Assembly (NCBI GenBank): GCA_030649135.1
Contig: JAUSGI010000002.1
Coordinates: 6,294 to 70,293 of the forward strand
From: a bacterium
GTDB lineage: Bacteria; Patescibacteriota; Minisyncoccia; Phycocordibacterales; Zambryskibacteraceae
DNA: 64,000 bases
Direction of reading: 5' to 3'
The position numbers and the translations under genes are program-made. Below are positions 57,749 through 64,000 of the stretch, piece by piece. The notes beneath the pieces are model-generated. The model was given only the letters and a program-made list of their open reading frames with translations, was not told the DNA's origin and ran no database searches. Every line of letters starts with the position of its first letter. The stretch's first letter is position 1.

Positions 57749-57928
57749 ATGAAAAAACTTTTGCCTATGGGCCTAATCGTAGTGGGGTTAATCGTGGTGG
57801 CATTCTTAGTCGCAGGGACAAATCAAACTTTTGCAAAAAAACCGACACCGCCACCGGATACCTCAACGACAACACCGCCGACTACCTCAACGACCACGAA
57901 ACCAGCGGTGTCTCCAATGGACCCATAA
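57749..57928 (+). CDS. Candidate small secreted/membrane Pro-Thr-rich peptide (59 aa)
   Basis: MKKLLPMGLIVVGLIVVAFLVAGTNQTFAKKPTPPPDTSTTTPPTTSTTTKPAVSPMDP. It is followed by a perfect palindromic terminator. Below the ORF-track size cut-off. Confidence 0.35.
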   Translation: MKKLLPMGLIVVGLIVVAFLVAGTNQTFAKKPTPPPDTSTTTPPTTSTTTKPAVSPMDP

Positions 57929-57953
57929 ATTCCACGCTATTGAATCTCCAAAC

Positions 57954-57989
57954 CAAAATACCACGTTTAAACGTGGTATTTTGGTTTTT
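57954..57989. terminator. Perfect 28-nt palindrome AAAATACCACGTTTAAACGTGGTATTTT plus T-run (bidirectional)
   Basis: Lies between the small plus-strand ORF and the stop of the convergent 1025-aa gene. Confidence 0.7.
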
Positions 57990-58010
57990 TAAAATTACAC
58001 AGATGCCAAC

Positions 58011-61000
58011 TTATTGCGTGTAATAGACCTTCGCCTGAATATGGTCCAAGTTTATTGCAGGAAACTCTCCACCACCTAGAGAGTCAGCGTTAATTCTCAA
58101 TCTAAAATTGGCATCGGAAAATTCCGTATCCGCCCAGATTCTGCCCCACTTGTCAGTGGCGCCTCCTAAGGTATAAATAACGTCTTCTGAAGTAGTTAAC
58201 TCCCCCGTATCATAACCGGATGTTGTATAAGTTGGTCCCCCATCCCACGAAAGTTCCACACCTATGATACAAGAGGTGCAATCCACGTCTTTAACCTCGG
58301 CCTTTACCTCTATGCCGTCTATCGTCGCCCCAGCCGGAATACTAAAAGAAAAATTATAATAATCCTGTTCCTGGTTTAACGTAATTTCTACCGCATAATC
58401 ATTATTTGAAGAAAAGGCGCTGGAACCGCTTCCCCACTGATTATGGTCCTCCCCAGTAGCTGTAGGTGATTTAAGCCCAGTATCACCCGGGCCGCCACCG
58501 CCACTACTACCACTGCCATATAAAACCACCTTCCCATTTAGAAATTTAATAGTAGAACCTTCAAAGAGACGCAGGGTGCGCGCCGCGGTGCTGTTGCCAG
58601 TCACAAATTGCTTGATAGCTCCATAACCCTCCAATGCTCCGGCGAAGGCATAGGCACGGAAGAAGTAGGTAGTATCGGCAGCAAGCGAAGCGATGCCGCT
58701 ACTGAAAGAGCTATTGCTTGCAAGCGCGCCGAGTGTGGTAGTCGCCGCAACCGCAAGCGTCGAATCAGTACCGTAGGCAAAACCATGCTCTGTAGCATTA
58801 TCTCCTCCCGTTTTGGTGCCGTTAAGATTGGCAGAGTTAAAGCCCGGGGTGGCAAAATTGGTGGTGACGGTGGGAGTAATAATATTCTCTTCCTCGGCAC
58901 TTATGGTATAAAAAGTGGAAGTGGCATTTTGGTTATTATATTCTGTCTGAATCCAGTCATACGAACGAGCGGTACTTGAGATTCGAACTTCGTCTATAAC
59001 ACCACCGAAGAAAATATTGGTGCCAAAAGCATTAGACCCTTGGCCCAAAAGAAGGTTGTTCGTGTTGACTTCAAAATCAGTGCTAACGGTAGAACTAGCA
59101 ACCCGCACGCCGTCCACATAATAATTCATAATTGAGCCAGTATGCGTCACAGCCACATGCTTGAAGACGTCCGGCGCCGTCGAAGTGGCAAAAGTGGTCG
59201 GTTTCCCTGCCCAGTCAAAGACGTACCCACTCCCCGTCTGAATCATTTCATAGGCGGCGAGCTTGGAAACAAATGGATGCGCCGGAAGTGTGGAAGAGGC
59301 GGTAGTCCATACGGGAGTCGTACCGTCATGCCCAAAAGCGCTGTAAAAAAGACTTTTGCCGTCACTTTCAAGAGCCGCGTCAGCGGACTGAGCAGCTGCG
59401 GTAGCATTCGGCTGACCGGTGCCAAGGTTAATCCACGACAGCGCGGGAGTTGTACCGTCGAGGGTTGAGGAGGCGTAAGAGTAGCTTTCCGTAGCACCAC
59501 TGAACATAAACGCCGCGTGGTACATATAGTCTCCAACGATTGTAGAGTCATTAAAAGAATGATCCGTGGAGCCGGTGGCTTGGGGGTCAGCATCATTAGT
59601 AAATGCATCGGTGGAAGAAAGATCAAGAGGCATATCCACGCGGGCGTAGTTGGATAAAGAGTTGGTCCCCAAACCACACATACCTGCTATATAAAGTCGG
59701 TCACCGTTCGTATTAAGACCAGCCCCACATCCTTCCGAAGCGGTTCCCGCAGGAGGAGTGTTATTGGGGTCTATCCAGCCAGTCCAGTCACTGCCGTCGA
59801 TATTAATAGAGGCCACCATATCATTCTCGGTACCACCGGTGAGCATCAGAGCATAGAAATATGCTCTCTTGCCTGTAACCACGACATCAATACTCGAGGA
59901 TTCCGCGGCACCTATACCAGTCGGGTTTGCGGGATTTTTCCAAGTAGATATGGCGCCACCGAGAGTTGATGTGGCATAGCTGAAAGTGGCTGTCGTACTG
60001 TCGTTGTTTAAAACTGCGTACCAGATGTACTGCCCATCGGAGTCTACGCCGATAGAGCTTCCGTCGGTCGAGGCACAGGCACCAGTCGGTGAGGTACCAA
60101 CAGCCCAAGCGGTAACAGAAGAACCACTAAGAGTCGAGGAAGCGGTCTTAAAGGCATCTGTCGCTGTCGTACAATTGATATTTCCATAGTAGATACGCTC
60201 ACCGACGACAACTGAATCCAATTGACTGTATTCGTCACCCCCAACTCCCGCTGGCGCGGTGCGAGTCACCCATGGTGACATGTTGGTTGTCGGCTTGCTT
60301 GAAGTACTGGTGGTTTGCACCCACGCTTCTATGGTACCGGTGTTTAGAATGTCGAGGTCAGCGTGGTCTGTTACGGTAGAGACGTCATTAACACCGTCGA
60401 AGGTATAGGCAGGACCAAATTTCCCTACATTAGCGCCAGCTGTGGCACCGGAGACCGAACCATTTTGTGCCGTGCCGGCAGAATCGCTATTGGAAGAACC
60501 TGTATCGTCCATGTGCCAGACACCGACGAATGTCCCTTCCGTTGTGGCATCCCATGTGCCGGAAACATCTTCGGTCGGCGTAGTCACACCTGAATTACCG
60601 TAAAACATATAGATAGTCGTGTCGTTATCGAAATCCAGAGTCGGAACTTCCACCCACATGATTACCTCTCCCGTGGTAGGAGTATAGCGTTCCACTTCGT
60701 GTTTAAGTTGAGACGACCCCTGAGTGTCCGTTGCAAATACAATATCGTCTCCCCCGAGGTCGGTCACATGACCACCACTACCATCATCCTCCTTAAACTC
60801 TGCCTCGGTAAACGACATCAGAACCGGAAAGCCGGTGAAGTTGGCTGTCCCGATAACCTGCGCGTTTTGGATAGTAATAGTACGGCGGTAGGTATAACCA
60901 TTGTCGAACGAGGCCTCCGCCCTTTTCACCTCAAAGCCGAGTTCTATTTTCTTATCGGAAAAAGGCAGTTTAATCGTTAGCAGCACGGGAGAGAATACCC

Positions 61001-61088
61001 ACACAAAAATGAAAAGAAAGACAAAGGCACTGCGTATGAGTCTCTGCGATAGCCGGTTCGAGCGCAATGTTTGATGTAAAAAATTCAT
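58011..61088 (-). CDS. Giant (1025 aa) extracellular DUF2341 / LamG-like (concanavalin-A-like lectin) domain protein
   Basis: N-terminal TM/signal; YTYRRTITIQNAQV...FPVL, typical of DUF2341; the LamG hallmark FFGGVIDEVRISSTARSYDWI; FN3-like and Ser/Thr/Gly-rich regions. Confidence 0.6.
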   Translation of the reverse strand: MNFLHQTLRSNRLSQRLIRSAFVFLFIFVWVFSPVLLTIKLPFSDKKIELGFEVKRAEASFDNGYTYRRTITIQNAQVIGTANFTGFPVLMSFTEAEFKEDDGSGGHVTDLGGDDIVFATDTQGSSQLKHEVERYTPTTGEVIMWVEVPTLDFDNDTTIYMFYGNSGVTTPTEDVSGTWDATTEGTFVGVWHMDDTGSSNSDSAGTAQNGSVSGATAGANVGKFGPAYTFDGVNDVSTVTDHADLDILNTGTIEAWVQTTSTSSKPTTNMSPWVTRTAPAGVGGDEYSQLDSVVVGERIYYGNINCTTATDAFKTASSTLSGSSVTAWAVGTSPTGACASTDGSSIGVDSDGQYIWYAVLNNDSTTATFSYATSTLGGAISTWKNPANPTGIGAAESSSIDVVVTGKRAYFYALMLTGGTENDMVASINIDGSDWTGWIDPNNTPPAGTASEGCGAGLNTNGDRLYIAGMCGLGTNSLSNYARVDMPLDLSSTDAFTNDADPQATGSTDHSFNDSTIVGDYMYHAAFMFSGATESYSYASSTLDGTTPALSWINLGTGQPNATAAAQSADAALESDGKSLFYSAFGHDGTTPVWTTASSTLPAHPFVSKLAAYEMIQTGSGYVFDWAGKPTTFATSTAPDVFKHVAVTHTGSIMNYYVDGVRVASSTVSTDFEVNTNNLLLGQGSNAFGTNIFFGGVIDEVRISSTARSYDWIQTEYNNQNATSTFYTISAEEENIITPTVTTNFATPGFNSANLNGTKTGGDNATEHGFAYGTDSTLAVAATTTLGALASNSSFSSGIASLAADTTYFFRAYAFAGALEGYGAIKQFVTGNSTAARTLRLFEGSTIKFLNGKVVLYGSGSSGGGGPGDTGLKSPTATGEDHNQWGSGSSAFSSNNDYAVEITLNQEQDYYNFSFSIPAGATIDGIEVKAEVKDVDCTSCIIGVELSWDGGPTYTTSGYDTGELTTSEDVIYTLGGATDKWGRIWADTEFSDANFRLRINADSLGGGEFPAINLDHIQAKVYYTQ

Positions 61089-61101
61089 ATAAGTTTACTG
61101 A

Positions 61102-62088
61102 TCATTGGCTGGCGTGCGAAAAAAATTCAAGCGCTATGTTCGATACTGCATGCATCATACGCGCCGCCTGTTCCCGTTCGACAATGTCGTCATTTATCCC
61201 TCTCACCTCAACCATGACGGTTATAAGATATGGCCGGTTCGGGAGATAAACGATACCGGAATCGCTATATGAGTTAGTACTGGGACCCATGCCGTATTTA
61301 TGGGGGAAAGGAATCGTTTCTGGAACCGGCTGTCGCAAAAAATCTTTAAACTCTGCGTGGTTTAATAATTCAAGGATAAGTTCCGAGTTTTCCCTATTAA
61401 GATAACTGGCGGTGTAAAGCGCTCGTATTGTCCGGGAAAACTCTTTCGAGGTTACCTCCCCTTTTTCATTAAACAAATCATCAAGACCGAGTGCTTCCTG
61501 TAGGGCGCCTAATTTTGATTGAGGAATATTTCTCGCCAGGATGTTATAGGCAGTGTTATCGGAACGAATTAGAAGCTCTTCTAAAAGTTTCTCTACCGTA
61601 AACTTGGTACCAACCGGTTGCGTATGGATATTGGATGATGCACTCGTACGATCCCCTTCTTCAAGTGCTAAAGTCTGCCCGCGTGTCCAAGTTCCAGCTT
61701 CAATCATTCCCATCACGGCAAACGCCATGGGGATTTTGGCTAAACTCTTGGGCACGAAGCGATTCTCCGGATTGATATTAATATTGGCGCCAGTGTTTAG
61801 AAATTCGATGTATATCGAAATTCTCATATCTTTCTCAGATGCGACAAAATCGCGTAACCGTTCGCGCAGTGGCTGTAAGGTAGAGAGAAAATGTTCCTGC
61901 GGGACAAGATGCCGCGCCACATCAATGAGTGGATATTTTTGCTGTAATTTTTCTATGTTTTCACTCCCCTGACCACCATTGAATACATAAGTGCGGAACA
62001 CAATAAGGACAAGCGCTAGTAAGAGAATGGAGCTTGCTATCCGCCACTGTTTGAGTGCTGTCTGTAATTTATCTTTATCCTTCATCAT
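61102..62088 (-). CDS. Class A beta-lactamase-like serine hydrolase (membrane-anchored)
   Basis: SxxK (KSLAK), SDN loop (IRSDNTAYNIL) and a KTG-like KYGMG motif, with an N-terminal TM helix. Confidence 0.6.
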   Translation of the reverse strand: MMKDKDKLQTALKQWRIASSILLLALVLIVFRTYVFNGGQGSENIEKLQQKYPLIDVARHLVPQEHFLSTLQPLRERLRDFVASEKDMRISIYIEFLNTGANININPENRFVPKSLAKIPMAFAVMGMIEAGTWTRGQTLALEEGDRTSASSNIHTQPVGTKFTVEKLLEELLIRSDNTAYNILARNIPQSKLGALQEALGLDDLFNEKGEVTSKEFSRTIRALYTASYLNRENSELILELLNHAEFKDFLRQPVPETIPFPHKYGMGPSTNSYSDSGIVYLPNRPYLITVMVEVRGINDDIVEREQAARMMHAVSNIALEFFSHASQ

Positions 62089-62091
62089 TTT

Positions 62092-64000
62092 TTATTGGCT
62101 GGCTGAAGATTCTGGTTCAGGTGTGATTTCGGGCTCTGGAGCGGGCTCTGGAGCCGGTTCAAGAGCCGGTTCGGTCGTCGGTTCTGGGGTCGGTGTTACT
62201 TCCGGTGTAGGTTCGGGAGTTGGCTCTGGCGTAGGTTCAGGGGTCGGTTCCGGTTCCGGAGTTGGTTCGGGAGCAGGTTCAGGGGTTGGCTCTGGTGTTG
62301 GTACCGGCTCCGGTGTAGGTTCTGGGGTTGGCTCGGGAGCGAGTTCTGGCGTAGGTTCTGGAGTTGGAGCTGGCGTTGGGATAATGCTCTGTCCTGCAAG
62401 CATCGCCGCGAGCTGGTCACCGGTAACACACACTTCTGTGCCGTCAGATTTTTTCACACAGAGATTATCCGTATGAACCTCCTTCGCGAAGAACTTTGTA
62501 ACGCCGTTTGTGGCATCAGCCAGCCACACAGTAATGCGCGCAAAGATGTTACTAAAGAAACTTTCAGCGAAAGATTCCGAAGCTGGCGTGGAACTTGCGG
62601 TTGTCGAGGCAATAGTGGCGAGATTGAGGTCAAGCTCTTTGAGCGCATTCACAGTGACGGAGAGAATAGCGGTTGAGTTTATTGTTTGCGCAGTACCATC
62701 AGGATTGAAGTACGCGAGTTGCGGACTGGTTGAGGCTACTTCTTCGGCAATGAAACCCCAGTGAGTGCTGGTTGAAGTGTTGTCATTGTATTTGAACGAG
62801 ACAGGTCGGAGAGTGCGTAACATCTCCAGACCGGTTTCCGGTAACGAGTTGATACTATTTTTAAAGCGGGCGGAAGATGCGTTACAGGTGTCGCCTGTTT
62901 GGGTGGTAATTTCCAATGTTGTAGTATCAATACATACCGAATTATCGGCCCCGGTAACTCCGCTCAAGCCATTGATAGCTACAGTACCGTTAACCGAGAG
63001 AGTTCTCCACGGCGTGCTGGAGCTGATGCCTGTGAGAATACTGGTGGCGCCAGCTCCTTTGGTAATAGTAAACGCAACATTTGTAGAAAGGTTGGTGGAA
63101 GATGCGATGTTGAAAGACTTGTTAGTAGAGAGATAACCGATAGACCAAGCATTTTCGTCATTGGCAAATTGGAAGTTTGCATCGCCCGTGTTGGCACTAT
63201 TACCTATGGTCGTCAGACCGTTACTGTCAATATTGAAGACCGTAGTAGTAGCAAAGGCAGATGTGGAACTACTGATAGTAAAGAGTGGTACGGTCCCTCC
63301 GGATTTTCCCGCAATTGATAATCTTCCCCAGGGTGTCGTTGTGCCGATGCCAATGTTCCCATTCGTTGCCAAGAAAATAGTAGAGGTGGCAGACAAAGTG
63401 CTGGCGCCATTGTAGTACGGGAACTGTCCGGCTGTGCCGGTGATACCAGTAATTGCCCCCGTGCCATTACCCTGCAAAAGCCCCGTGAGAGTTCCCGCCC
63501 CTGTGCCTCCATTTTCCACAGTCAAGTCTGCCGTAAGAGTAAGTCCCGCGAACGTAGGTGAGCTTGCTTGTTTAACAGCTTGGTCGAACCAGTCATCGAG
63601 AGTGGGGGCGCCAGTGACGGTGAAAGCTTTGCCATTAACTGTGAGAGACGAAGTAAAAAGATTAGTTGAACTGGCAGTAGTGGAAAATAAATTAGTCGTA
63701 GTGGCATTAGTAGTAGTGCCCCTAGTGGCGACAAAGTTATCTATAACACTTGGGAGAGCAACAGTTGAGGAGGCATAGAAAGCAGTTTTGAACCAAGTTG
63801 GAGTAGTAGTGGAGTTTGTCGTAGTGCTATATGTGGTGTCGGATGTCCATGGCCATGTGCCACTGCCGCTATCATCCGCTTCGCAACCGAACTCTCCACC
63901 GGCCCAGGTGAGGACGTTGTTGGTTTGGCAAGTGGCAAGACCGGCGCCATTAAAGAGAGCGGTGTAGAGGTTCGATGAAGATGCGGTGGTGGAGAAGAAG
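62092..64000 (-). CDS. Tail-fibre-like surface protein with peptidase-S74 intramolecular chaperone domain and C-terminal TPEP-repeat tail; 5-prime end beyond window
   Basis: The reading frame is open from 64000 to the stop at 62092. It has Gly/Thr/Ser-rich beta-helix-like repeats and the S74-type block [28 protein letters not shown]. The tail contains about 20 TPEP repeats. Confidence 0.6.
   Translation of the reverse strand, partial: FFSTTASSSNLYTALFNGAGLATCQTNNVLTWAGGEFGCEADDSGSGTWPWTSDTTYSTTTNSTTTPTWFKTAFYASSTVALPSVIDNFVATRGTTTNATTTNLFSTTASSTNLFTSSLTVNGKAFTVTGAPTLDDWFDQAVKQASSPTFAGLTLTADLTVENGGTGAGTLTGLLQGNGTGAITGITGTAGQFPYYNGASTLSATSTIFLATNGNIGIGTTTPWGRLSIAGKSGGTVPLFTISSSTSAFATTTVFNIDSNGLTTIGNSANTGDANFQFANDENAWSIGYLSTNKSFNIASSTNLSTNVAFTITKGAGATSILTGISSSTPWRTLSVNGTVAINGLSGVTGADNSVCIDTTTLEITTQTGDTCNASSARFKNSINSLPETGLEMLRTLRPVSFKYNDNTSTSTHWGFIAEEVASTSPQLAYFNPDGTAQTINSTAILSVTVNALKELDLNLATIASTTASSTPASESFAESFFSNIFARITVWLADATNGVTKFFAKEVHTDNLCVKKSDGTEVCVTGDQLAAMLAGQSIIPTPAPTPEPTPELAPEPTPEPTPEPVPTPEPTPEPAPEPTPEPEPTPEPTPEPTPEPTPEVTPTPEPTTEPALEPAPEPAPEPEITPEPESSASQ
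62095..62385 (-). repeat. Imperfect tandem repeat (period 12-18 nt) encoding (T/A)PEP repeats
   Basis: GGTTCNGGNGTNGG-type units recur on the plus strand across about 290 nt. Confidence 0.75.

Noticed and set aside
57679-58023. 114-aa track ORF on the plus strand
   Set aside because: It would read through the perfect 28-nt palindromic terminator. A shorter ORF in another frame (57749-57928) with a signal-peptide-like start ends just before that terminator.
1-64000. CRISPR arrays or rRNA genes
   Set aside because: No regularly spaced short direct repeats and no rRNA-like conserved stretches were seen anywhere. The only tandem repeats are coding low-complexity tracts (the TPEP tail and the poly-Gly linker).

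Overview
The window comes from a low-GC bacterial genome, about 35-45% GC by eye, with a compact mostly minus-strand gene layout. The gene content (O-antigen-ligase/TPR fusion, cohesin and DUF2341/LamG surface proteins, many small glycosylation genes) is reminiscent of uncultivated CPR/Patescibacteria-like lineages, but this is an inference only. Positions 1-5.6 kb carry housekeeping genes: gatB (partial), obg, a MYG1/UPF0160 hydrolase, a DsbB plus thioredoxin-like pair and secA. Positions 6-51 kb form one very large cell-surface glycan biosynthesis supercluster. It holds an O-antigen-ligase-family protein with TPR, a Wzx-type flippase and a polysaccharide deacetylase. It also holds several nucleotide-sugar epimerase/dehydratases, two DegT-type aminotransferases and sugar-1-P nucleotidyltransferases. 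A KdsB-family cytidylyltransferase, GT2/GT4/GT9 glycosyltransferases, a GtrA-like flippase and two paralogous giant polytopic membrane proteins are present. Finally there is a complete but split nucleotide-heptose pathway (GmhA, heptose kinase, HAD phosphatase, adenylyltransferase, GT9 heptosyltransferase, transaldolase), at least seven SAM-methyltransferase domains and one B12-binding radical SAM enzyme. Inside this cluster sit several conspicuously GC-rich genes, about 55-62% GC. Each is preceded by a canonical-spaced TTGACA -35 box (TTGACT for the rSAM gene) and a strong Shine-Dalgarno; for three of them (the 144-aa ORF, the HAD hydrolase and the 2H phosphoesterase) the -10 is a perfect TATAAT. 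The genes are a 144-aa orphan, a GT-A-like protein, a HAD hydrolase, a 2H phosphoesterase and the B12-rSAM. The equally GC-rich transaldolase instead has only a strong SD and is translationally coupled to a low-GC gene. This pattern indicates a compositional mosaic from horizontal acquisition. Positions 51-57 kb carry a cohesin-dockerin island: three membrane-anchored cohesin-like proteins plus one FN3/dockerin protein. It is bracketed by two diverged IS200/IS605-family (Y1 HUH) transposase genes, each with its own flanking repeats or palindromes. The 3-prime end encodes a 1025-aa DUF2341/LamG-like surface protein, a class-A beta-lactamase-like protein and a partial tail-fibre-like protein with a peptidase-S74 chaperone domain and a TPEP-repeat tail. 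No tRNA, rRNA or CRISPR array was found.
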